Assembly (NCBI RefSeq): GCF_902459465.1
Contig: NC_047081.1
Location: 1,240,001 to 1,304,000, forward strand
Length of the DNA: 64,000 bases
Reading direction: 5' to 3'
Source of the DNA: Asterias rubens
Lineage: Eukaryota
A program made the translations under genes and the position numbers. Below, in pieces: positions 1 to 12,200 of this stretch. Numbering within the stretch: the first letter of the stretch is position 1; each line of letters begins with the position of its first letter. The notes below the pieces were generated by a model. The model had not been told where the DNA came from. It saw nothing but the letters and a program-made list of their open reading frames with translations, and searched no databases.

Positions 1-179
1 CATCAAGTTTTTCTCAAGGGAAGTGTGTCTTACGGATGACACAAGTCGAAAATGAAACTCTTCCCACATTTTACTTTTGTGGATATTGCTGCAATAACAA
101 CGATGTGGATTTGTGGATTGAGGTTTTCCTGCCAAGACGTTCAATTTTTGTTGATGTTAATGAAATATTGAATACTCAC

Positions 180-278
180 GTTGGCTGTCTCATTAGGGTC
201 AGCACCTTTGGTCAGCAGGAGATTAATGATGGCTACATGACCCTGCTGGGAGGCTTGATGAAGAGGAGTCAGTCCATG
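180..278 (-). CDS. Ank: Ank exon, repeat 23 ([33 protein letters not shown])
   Basis: 99 nt; acceptor ttgcag, donor GTGAGT. Confidence 0.95.
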
Positions 279-3200
279 CTGCAAGAAAAACAGTCCAAAA
301 TTGTTTTAATTTGTGCGTTCTTCAAAACAATTTAGTACATCAAACATCCTTTAATAACTGGGTTGACGACTTTGAGTTTTGTGGGTTTTTTTAAAGCAAA
401 GTATTGGGTTTTGACAAGTTTTTTTTTTTTTTTAATTCTTTAAAAAAGTAGATATATGCAATAAAAGAAACAAGTGAAAATTTCATACCGTTGCGTTTTT
501 TAAGATATTGCAAAAAATCCGAAGCGATAATGTCCCTGCAGGAAGAATAATCCGTAATTGAATAACACAATCTGAGAAGCGTTACTAAAAGTAGCGGCAA
601 TAACTACCTTTGATTAGACGCCTACAGCAGCTTATGATAGTATAAAGGATTTTGTGAAAAATAAAAACTCTTCAATGCGCCGTATTTTTAGTCGCGTGAG
701 GGCGCCCTCAAGAGTATCATTACCACTTCCGGGGGTATATGTGATTTGTCGTGCACAGTTTCAATATGCGTTCTGTCATTTTTGTTGCACCGTAGTTTTA
801 AGTTGCTTTAGAGGTGGGTTGTATTGGCTCCTTCAAATGTCTTATTGTCCGTAATGGATTAGATGTCTGTGTTGTTAATGTGTTCCGGTCTTTCATATCT
901 GTTTTGGGTACAAATGAATATACCCCCGGAAGTGATTGAGAGCGCCCTCACGTGGTCAAAAATATGGCCCATTTCTTATGGCCCCAAATTTTAATCTAAG
1001 AGTATTCTTTCCGCATGGACAAATATCCCTAAGGATTTTTTCGGCGATATCTCAAAAACATGAAAATTGACTTGTTGTTCCCAATCAAGCATACCTTAGT
1101 CTTTTCCTGGATACCAGCACCATTCTGCAGGAGATAGGCAGCAGTCTTCAGGTTGCCGTGATGGCAAGCCACGTGGAGCGGGGTGTAACCAGCCTTGGTA
1201 CGTGGGTCGATTCCAGAGCCGTTCTTAACCAGGATTTTGGCGCAGTCAAGCTGGTCCTCTTGGGCAGCCAGATGGAGGGGTGTCAAGCCGTTCTGCATTG
1301 GGCCAAACAAGATTGGATGAGAACATTAAGTGTCAAGAGGCCGGGGGAGATGTTGAACAAAGAAGAATTTACGAAATGGTGACTTGAACCTGCAACCTCC
1401 GGATTAACGTGTCTGTGTTCAACCAACTGAGCAATCTAACAGTCAGAAGCCCTACAATATATAACTGACATAAACCAGGGATCCCAACCCAAATTATGAT
1501 ACAACCTGGGAAGCGGCAGAATTTTTTTTTTTTTTATATAAGAAAAGGGGTAATCATCAACTACAAAGCTTTAATGTAGCATTCTTCTGTGAATCAGGCT
1601 TAAGGCCACTTTTAAGATACAGGAAAGGGCAACTAAAGAGAAATCTACAAGCTTTCATAAAAACCCAGTTAATTCTCAGGTGTTTGTACCTTAGCAGCGA
1701 TGTCTGGCTTAGCACCACGTTCCAGCAGTAGGGACAGCATGTCAGTGTGACCCTCCTGAGCAGCCAGATGGATTGGGCTGATACCCTGCTTGGTCATGGA
1801 GTTGGAATCAGCACCGTACTCTAGCAGGGTGGTGGCCACGTCAAGCTGGTTCTTCTTGGCAGCAATGTGGAGAGGAGTGAAACCGTTCTGCATGGAGAAG
1901 AAATGGGAGAAGGAGTGAGGATACGCATTCACCAACAATTTGTTACTGAACTAGCTAATTAAACTTTTCAATATGGTTTTCTCAAGCACAATTTTGCTCG
2001 ACATGTTAGGTTTATGTTCTTCTGCCGCGTACCTAACAGACACCTTCATTGTTCCCAATCTGTGATGTCAACTGATGGAAACTCAACTACTTAAAAAAAC
2101 AAACAAAAAATTAACGCGAATGACTCTTAGCCAATGATAGCTCTTCATTGACCTCAGTGAAAGGACTGTTTTGGGCCTGCGATGTCAACTGTAATTTGCA
2201 AAGAAAACCAAGTCCTTTCGGGACATTTGCTAAGAGATTTGCATGAAGGTGTTTAGTGACATACCCTCAAGAAGAACGTTGATCAGGGAGTGTAAGGGTT
2301 GGGTCAGGGATATTCGGACCGAGGGGGGGGGGGGGGGGGTTACGTACCTGTGCCACAGTGTGTGGTGATGCACCCTGGTCAAGCAGGAGCATAGCAACGT
2401 CTGGATTGTCATAATGGGCTGCAATGTGCAGAGGTGTCAAGCCATTCTGTAACAAAAAAAACAGAATTTAGACTTCTACATTGTCAAATATTGAATGGCT
2501 TCATAGTATAATCTATACACAGAAGAACAAAGTAATGCCCTAAAAAAAAAACAGATATTTTATAATCAAAAGGCTCCAACATCAGTAGTTTTCAATGGCT
2601 TTTTCTGGCTTAAACAAGCAACTGTACTTAAAATTTTCGAAAATTGTCGGCGAGCTTGGTATTTTGTTTTCTTCTTTTTTTGTGAGTTAATATATAGATA
2701 TAATATTAAAAAAAAAAAACACACATTTTTTTTCTCTCTTTCTTTTGACCCACCCACAAACAATTTACAATTTTTTATGTATTTATTTTTTTTCACTTTG
2801 AGAAGAAAAACCTGAGGGCCAAGTTGTCAGACTTACCTGTGCTGTAGCGTCAGGCGATGCATAGTTTCTCAATAGTAGGGAAGCCACACCAAGGCGTCCG
2901 TACTTAGCAGCTACGTGCAGCGGAGTAAACTCTTTCTGTAGTGGGAAAAAATCAAGGGGAGGGAGTTCGAGTTAGTAGAGGCCACTACTCGTCATATTTC
3001 CCATGGGTAGAAAGAAAGGTCCAATCTCAACAGATATTAAAGGGTAACATTGCCTTCGGAGTGGGCGCTTTGGGCTTTAAAAGCGTTTGTCATGAAACGA
3101 ATATGGTTGGAAAGTTGTTTTGAAAGTAGAATATAATGGTTCAAACCTATGTCTTTTATAAGCGTGTGAACCCAGGAATCACAACCAAGTTTATGCTACA

Positions 3201-6200
3201 GCCTCGGAAGTGGCAGCCAGGGGATCATCTCTAGGGGGTGCAACTTTTTTTCCTTTTTTTTTCTTCCAGAAACCGAATCATTAACAACAAGGGAAACTGA
3301 CTGGGTAAATGTTCGAATCAAGTTTTTTGTTACTCATATCAATCAGTGTTTGATTACAATACCCTGGCTTTATCCTGCTGATATTGGCACATCCTTTTGT
3401 CAGATCCATCGCAGAATTCATTAACGCTATAATACATCTTAACGAAGAAATTTACAGCAAGAGTTCGTCGTACCTTTGTCTGCATTGACAGGGACGCGCC
3501 GTGCTCCAATAAGACGGCTGCAACATCCTCCATCCCCTCCCTAGAAGCGATGTGAAGCGCTGTGTAGTGATCTCGCGTCTGCGCATCGGGGGACGCACCA
3601 TTCTCTAGCAGCAGGGTGACGATCTCCACGTTGCCCAGGCGGGCGGCGATGTGCAGAGGGGTCTGGTTCTCAGTAGCCTTGGCGTCCACCTTGGCACCGT
3701 TGCGTAGAAGGACGCGGATAATGTCGATTTGGTTTGCGCGAGCTGCGAGATGGAGGGCAGTCTCACCACGCTAGAGAAGGTTAAAGAGAGAAGGGGGATT
3801 AAGAAATAGTAACAAACATAAGAACTTGATAACTTTATGAGTTCGGATATATACTCCGCGGCAGTAGAATAAGTTCTCTAAAAACATTTCCACACAGTAA
3901 GTAAATTATTCTGGTAAGCATAATTTTGTTGTGCTTAGCTACTTGTACAGGTTTAAATGCACAGGTGTGATGTGGCAAAGTCTGCAGCCAAAACAAGCTA
4001 GAAACACTAGGACGAGCTCCGTCTGTGAGCTGAGCACATCCACTTGCCTTACCAAACACACTTCACTTACAGCTTTACGTTCTGTCGAAAGCTACATTTA
4101 TTTCAAGGAAGTTTAGAAACCTGTATAAAGCTTACCACATTGGTTTCGTCCACACTAGCGCCATGGTTGATCAGGTAGCCAACGATGTTAATGTTGCCCA
4201 TGAAAGCAGACACATGAAGTGGAGTCAGTCCAGACTAAAGGATTGAAAAAATCACAAAGAAATATTTAAAAGGGCGGGATTTAAACCAATGACCCCTGGA
4301 TCTAGCCAGGCAGACCACTTAAAGTGTATTTTGACTGGTCTTATGAGTTTTTTTAACTGGCATTTGGCCAGCTAACCAGTGTTAATGGAGAACATTGAAT
4401 TGGCAAGCAAAGCAATGACTGTCCGCCAAAAATGCCCCAATTAAAACCAGAGTGAATGTTTGCTGAATCGCCTATTGACACAAAAGAATATCCTTATCGC
4501 ACAATGTTCTGAAAACAAAGGGTTCTTTCGGCCAGCAAACCACTGAAGGCTGGAATGCTATGAAAGATGAAATAATCATTCTCAAATGAGAAGATTGTTT
4601 TCTTTGTCTGGGTTCTACATGTACGTACCTCTGTTGTTGCATGAATGGAAGCGCCATACTTTAGAAGCAGCTCAATCACCTTGACGCGGTTCTTCTTACA
4701 GGCGATGTGGAGCGGGGTGAATCCATTCTGAAGACAAACAAGATCGGGTTAAATTAAAAAAGTTACCGTTGGGGGTGGGGTGTAAAAACCCTCTTCTCTT
4801 GGAAATGGCAGAGCTGTCAACATTTGCTTCTTGTAATCAGAAAAATTTTGTAAGACAATCAGGGAGATATTTATAATTGCGTTCCTTTTGACCTCCAAGA
4901 ACGCCCTACTTAAAGGACGTCCAGCAGAACGGCCAATTTCATTTTCTTTCAAAGCTCATTATTTTAACCCATTTTTTATGTTATTTATCAGGAAGGTAGT
5001 CGTCAATATAAACAAAGATATTTTAGGGCATTTAAAGTTACAATAGTTTATTTGTTTGTTTAATTTTTTTTTTTAATTTTTTACCACTGTTGGCCATTTT
5101 TTGCTTGTTTCTGCAAAATGATGTTTCCAACAAACGACTCCTTTAGTTTGATCGCATCAAATAAATTGAAAACTCACCAGAGCTCGGGCACTTGGGTTGG
5201 CCTTTCTGTCCAGCAGTAGTTTGGCCACACGGTGGTGACCACAATGACCGGCCACGTGGAGTGGGGTCAGATAGTCCACGGTCACGTCGTCCACTGGGGC
5301 CTTGTGGTAGAGTAGAAGACGAGCACTGTCTACATGGTCACCTTGGGCTGCCATGTGCAGGGGCGCCAGTCCATTCTGTAAAACACAAAAATGATTTTTC
5401 AATGATAATTCAATGCTAGAGTTTGACCAGAGCTTGTTGCCTGCAAATTGCCCCGTAGGACATGGCCTCAAGCCCTTGAGATGTGATATTCTTTGGTTAC
5501 TCAAATCAAGCTATTTAAGTGTACCTTGGTCTTGGCAGAGATTGGTGCGCCCCTCTCAAGGAGCTGGTCAACGCATTGATCATGACCGCTACGGGCAGAG
5601 CAGTGAAGTGGTGTCAGTCCATCCTACAAACAGAGAGAGAAAAAGTTAGGTTATCCTGAGGTTTTCAAAGCAATAAATTATTCCAATACTTTAGGTGTTT
5701 CTAATCAGCAGAGTGTAGGTTCAAGTCCCGGTTGTGTCACTTGTGTTCTTGAGTAAGATACTTTACCGCATTTGGATGGGCCATTAGGCTCCAAAATACT
5801 GCTGCCCGCATTGTGACACTGTCTAGAAAATCCTGTTCTATCACCCCCATTCTGAAACAACTACACTGGCTCCCTATCTCTCAACGAATCATCTTCAAGC
5901 TGATGCTCATTGTCCACAAAGCTCTAAATGGCAAGGCTCCCCACTATATTTCTCAACTGCTTCAAGTTTACACTCCATCAAGGAATCTTCGATCAAGTTC
6001 CATGCTTATCCTCATTGAACCCAAGTCTCGACACTCACGGGGTGACAGGTCTTTTTGTTCAGCCGCGCCACGCATCTGGAACTCTCTACCACTTAATCTT
6101 CGATCTTGTGTTTGTACCGCAAAATTCAAGTCTCTTCTCAAAACTTATCTTATGTCACAGGTTTTCAATGACTAATTTTGTTGTGTCTGTTTTTCTTTGT

Positions 6201-9200
6201 GTTGTGTTTTGTTTTTGTTTTGTTTTTGGTTTTACTGCGCCTTGAACACCCAGCAGGGTGGATATGTGCGCATTACAAGTCTTATTATTATTATTTCATT
6301 TTATCACAGCATGCAACATTTCTCAAAAACTACACAACCTTAGTTAGTAATATTTGAAGGGAAGCTTTCCACTATCATTATCTTCAAACCCTGTAAGTTT
6401 AATGTAAATCTGTGGACATTTTAAAAAAGTACCCGAATCCCTTAACTTACCCTAGTCTTGGCATCGATTCTAGCTCCTCGATCAAGCAGGGTGTTGACCA
6501 TGTTGACGCGGCCCCACTTAGCAGCGACATGCAATGGCGTGATGTTATTTCTGGCTGCATGGTCAACCGACGCGCCCCTTTGCAGGAGAAGGGTGGCTAC
6601 GTTGACGTGACCGTAGTGGGCTGCGATGTGGAGAGGGGTGAATCCACTCTGTGGGGGGGGGGGGATGGTGATAGCAAACAGGGTGAGAATCATTGCCGAC
6701 AAGAAAATCTGACTCTAGGATGACAATTTTAGGAGTGGGCCACGAAATAACCAACGGCACCTACAGCAATTGCCCTGTGCTTTTGCTGTGGTGCCCTTTG
6801 CAAAGTTCCAATACAATTTTACATTTTCCTTAAAGAATGTGCCCCTCACCAGAGGAAAATTGCTGCGCTGCATCAAGAAACGATTCAAGCGCTGTGAAAT
6901 TGGGCCTAAGTTGAACCAAGGTATTCATGCCACCGTGTGCTTGAGGCAGTGCATCATTGTTTCTTCTCTCCACACAGTACAACCCCAAAATAAAGACCCA
7001 ACAAAGCCAATTTGATATTGTGTTTGATAAGCCTCGTAAGTGCTGTCGATCCGAAAAGCGTCCTCACCCAAAGGGGCTGAGAAAATAAACGGATTGTTGG
7101 CCAAACGTATAGGGGGAAAGAATAACACTGTGAGCCTCATTGGGGAATATATGCCCAGTGCGCTTAAGTATTCTAAATCCCTTTAAATCCTTCTACACCA
7201 TTAAAAAGAGGAAACAAACGAAGAACACAGGCCTGTCTATGTGATGTTAGCTTTCTATGCTTTGATTGGTCTGGCGTGATGTAGTTTGTTAGCTTGCATT
7301 CTCGATTAGGAAATGCTTACCTTTGATGTGATGTCTGGGTTATGTCCGCTCTGCAGCAGCAGCAGGGCGGCTTTGGTGTCGTCGCGGCGAGAGCAGATGT
7401 GCAGGGCGGGTAGACGGGTCTTCCCTGCCCGATCATTCTCCAGCAAGACTGCGACGACCTTGTCATGTCCTTGTTGTAGAGCAACTGCGAGGGGCGTGTA
7501 GCCATCCTACAAGTGCCAAAAACATACCCCAAGAGACAAAAAGTTAGATACGACTCTGGTAATATTGTAATTCATCTTCAGATTTATTTTCAGGGCTCGA
7601 ACTTATCACTGGACAACAGGCCTGTAGCCTGAAGCCATCCTTAAATGTCAAACACATACGCACACAAAAATAAAAAGTCCTGATTTCACCTCAAAAGATT
7701 TGCTGGTATTTTTTACGATGTTAGAGCTTGCACAGAATTAATTGTAAGACACCATTAACCTCACACGTTTAAAGGGGAGGTTTTTTTCAGATGCAAAGGC
7801 AGCAAATTTGCAATCTAAGCAGTCTGCTGCCACCTAGAGTCTCAAAATCTACAGGATTCTCATTAAATTTCTTTTACATCCTAAGGCGTAACAACATTTC
7901 CATTATGAGCAAAAAGGAGTCTATGTCTGAATTCAGATAGGAGTTTTTTGGTTTCCCAATAGAAACACATAATTAAACCCTAAAGCATTATTTTCCTGTT
8001 GTTGATGTTTTCCATTTGCTGTTGTAGCAAGAACAAAACAAATTGAAGTAAATCAAGAAGCGGATTATTAAGTTATAATCAGAGGTACCCTCAAATAGAG
8101 ATGTACATTTAAAATCTGACAATTGATACGGTTAACAAACACATCAACACGGATTAAGGAAAATAAATGTCTAGTAGATATATACAAGCATGCAGGTACA
8201 TGTACATGTAGGAAAATGGCTTTGAAACAGTACTGGCAGTTTTGAATGATATTCAAATTATACTCTGAATTAACAAAAACAAATTGAAGAGAAATTAATC
8301 AGAACTTGTGGGAACATTTAATAAAACAACATTATTTTTATCGGTTTTTGTTTTGTTTTGCTATTCCGATATCAGGGAGAATAGGCCACATACAAAAAAA
8401 GAGATAAAAACAAACAAATTCATTAAACAAATTATGTGTGAAACGCTTGCAGACTTTTATTAAAACTTGTTATTGACACATTGCATTCAGGTCTCACTTG
8501 CAGGCAAGAGAATGACTTTAAAAAATATCAAACACAAAAACAATATTAGTGATCTGAAATATGTTCCCCCAAAGAATACCTTAGGTTTTAGGAATCAATT
8601 TTTAAAATAGTTTAGTGTAGATAGAAAAGGTTCCATGTGCACAGAATTTTTTTATTTTAATTTTGCCTTGTTTTTTTCCCAAGAAGTTAATTTTGAAAAA
8701 ATGAATTACCTTTTAAATGTTTGTAACTATTATCTCATGTCAGATTTTAGCAAGTGTCTAACTGGTCTAACTATAGATTTTTAATAATTTATTTTAGGAG
8801 CATGCATTTTTTCAAAATCTCTTTCCTTTATTAGTCATTTTTCATAACCTATGATAAAGACAGAACATAAAGCCAACACCAACTACACAACAAAATAAAT
8901 GATCTCAAGGTCATCAAAAATAAACAGACCAAAAAACAAAAACATAATTTTCAAGGTCACAAAAAACAGTAATTCATTGTTCAATTTTAAATGAAGAAAC
9001 AAGAGAAAAAACAAATCCCTTTTTTCCTCAAAATGAATAAATATATTGAAAATTAAAATTACGTACATGTACAAGTTGGTTTTTACCTGTAGTGGAAACG
9101 CTTTTGCAACCGGATTTCACCTTTAAAAATAATCAGTTTACAATCTGCCAAAACTTAAAGAGGCTTGCGTGTAGTGTTTAATATTTCCCTCTCAAAAGAA

Positions 9201-12200
9201 AAACCATACTAAAAAAATTTTCTGAAACTTTAAAATCTCCCTTTAAGCCAGAAGAACTTAAACCCATCCAAGTTTGATTTTGTTTGGAGTGAGAAAAGAT
9301 TTTCAACTTCCACGCAATCCTCAAAAAAGTGTGTACACAAATTTGTATAAAGGTGAAACAATTTCATTCACTGCAGTAACACACAACAAATTGCCTAATT
9401 TTTTACTACTTGCTCTAAGAAAGTTTGAAAAAACATCACTGACGTTTTTTGAAATGACTAAAGACGCAGAGGGCTTCGAGAAAAGACATACATGTATAAG
9501 AACATTGAAGAGACACAAACAAACAATCATCCAACAAACAAACAAACTAACAGTGACCTCAAAAAGAGCTTTTAATTCAGGCAATCTTACGATTGGACAA
9601 AAGTGCTAGAACAACCATTAACGACGGTAACCAAATTTCTGAAAAAAATTCTAGGAAAATTTTGCTCATGAGGTTCTGGTCATGACCAAATCTCAAATTT
9701 GGTAGCATATTGGAACCAGGGACAGATTTCAATTTTGATCTGAAGCAACTATTGTTGTTGTTGTTGTTGTTATTATGTTCTTCAATTTAAAGAACTGCAA
9801 CCTCAATTTTGATGACATTTGATGACATTTGACCAGAATTTCTTCGCTCAAAAGTATTCTCTTACTTATATTTTTAAAACAACAAAAGAGCGATTAGTAC
9901 TTGTTTTTCCACAAAATCGGAACGCCATGACATTTTGGAAGTTTTTAATTCCAACAACAAACTTTCAAAAGCGACACAGTTGTTCTAAATAGTGCAATCT
10001 ACATTATTAAGGAAAGCAGAATTATGCGAATGGCTTTTTTTCCATCATGCTCTGTAAAAACAAGCGTACTTTCATTACTAAAGGTTAGGTTGGCCAGATC
10101 TCTTAAAATAGGAAGTTAAAAAAAAGGGCAGTTACTTGAAAGGCAAAATTTATTCCCCGGTTTAAAAAAAAAAAAAAACTGTAGGTTTGAAATATAATTA
10201 TAAACATTAGATTTTGGTGTTAAATAAATACCGCAAGGCACTTGTGAACATACGCAATGGGGTAAAGTACTTTTGGGGGAAATTTTTAGAAGTTCAAATT
10301 TAACTCTTTGTTTGTTTTGAGGCATTGCATTGTGATGTATCAATGTGTATTCGGTTTGCGGTTATGCCATGTTTGTACTACTGTGCTTTGTAGATTGATG
10401 TTTTGGGGGAACTAGGTCTTGCCTTTTTTAATTCTACTGCCGCAGGGCAGATTTCAAAACTCAGAGCCAAGTATTCTCAGGAATTCCAAAATCTACTCAT
10501 TGGCAGTATAAAAAAGCAAGACCTAGCACCAAAAATCTACAAGCAAAGATGGTATAAACATGATTCTGCTGCAAACTGCTTACAACTCACATTAAAAAAA
10601 AGACACAGTTCAAATGTCGTTTGAGAAGAATTTGCTTTGAAAACCTTCAGAACACAAATTTGAACTTCAGTTTCATGAATTACAAAACATAATTTTTGCA
10701 TTTTTGTTGTTGCATAATTTCAGACCTGATCTCAAAGATGAACCTAATTATTCAGATACAAATGTACAGCGCATATTTATGTTATTGCTGTGCCCGAAGT
10801 GCTGATTTTAACAAAAGTCTTCTCCACTTAATGATTTGTTTACCCTTTGGCTTTGGTGATAGGAAAATATTTCTCAAGATTGCCTGTTTCATTCTTTGTG
10901 ATTCTTATAATTTTCTCAAGATTTTATTTTGATTATTATTATAATTAGTATTTCCTTCTTTTGTTCTTTCTTTGTTTTTGTTGGGGGGGGGGGGGTGTTT
11001 CCTGACAGCAGGTAGTATATCATTTGAACAAATCTTGCAGTCATACATTATGCATTAACAGACCACGAGCAAAATTTGATGCAAAAGATTATGTTCGTTA
11101 AAAAGTCATCTAAAACGGCCAGTACTGTTACCATGGCAACCACATCTGACTTTCAAAACACACACACAAGAAAACATCATTCACTGCTACTGTTTTTGTT
11201 AATAGTACACGCTACAGTGTAATGTGAAAGACAACAAAGTCACGCCAGAGGAAGAAAAAAAGAAAAAAATACACATGAATTTTTGATCGGGGGATTAAAT
11301 TTATGGTTTGAGTGCTAACTCTTTTGTGTTTGGTGTCCTACCATGCAGATGAGGTGCTAGTTAACGATGGCGACCAATAAGCGTGCATATCTAGGCTAGG
11401 TCAAGTACATGCGACAAACTTGCGTGAGAAACAAAGCTGCTTGCAAAAGTCTCAGCCCCCCCCCTCTTATGGGTTGACCGTTAAAACAGTCATTTCTACC
11501 TTTCAGAGACCATTCATTTCTGTCTAATCACCACAAATTGCCCCCAGATTGCTACTATTGTTCATTTCTTTAATCAAATTTCTTTCATCAGTGTCAAAAG
11601 AAATAAATTGAAACAGAAAATTTAGTTTTATGTTTAAAGATTGGTATACTATTAAATAAACTAAATTGGAAAAACTTCATATCCGGATATGACCCTTACT
11701 TTGAACTCTTTATTATGCCCCAACCCCCAAAACAGCCCTGTGTTGCAGTCACTATGTGGACATTCCTTTGTGCTTTACACTTCAGAAAAATAACACTGTA
11801 AATAACAATGTGTGGACGTGTGTAAGTCTACATAGTGTTTAAAGTTCCTACACTATGTGGACTTCTTTTGCTCTAAAGACCATACTTAGTAGTGTTTAAA
11901 CACCCAGGCCGCCCCTCCCTCCAAATAATCATTAAGAAGTTAGACAGATTGAAGATGCGTTTTAGTGGGACAAAACAAGGGAGTACGGTGAGTGTCAGTC
12001 AAGTTATGCTTCAGAAAAGAGCTTTCTGGATTGGTGTTTAGAAGGGGAAAAAAGTAGAGAAGTCTTCAAGAGCACTGTACACACACAAAAATAACTTGAC
12101 AAACACTCCTCAAAAAATGTTTTACATGTACACCAATTATCTAGGGTCAGGATACACACACAAAAATAGTACACTATACACTGGTGATGTTTTGTTTGTT

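Noticed and set aside
4053-4081. Two strong donor-like motifs (GTAAGT, GTAAGG) after the repeat-13 exon
   Set aside because: The nearest acceptor leaves a ~54-nt intron and 11/29-nt exons; extending the exon hits a TGA.
4767-4797. EEGFYTP peptide resembling a repeat start, with a GTAACT donor
   Set aside because: Purine-rich acceptor context and no ankyrin helix pattern.
8189-11347. Three UGCAUG (Rbfox) motifs downstream of the duplicated exon (8189, 8801, 11342)
   Set aside because: Three hexamers in ~4.8 kb is not clearly above chance and all are far from the exon.
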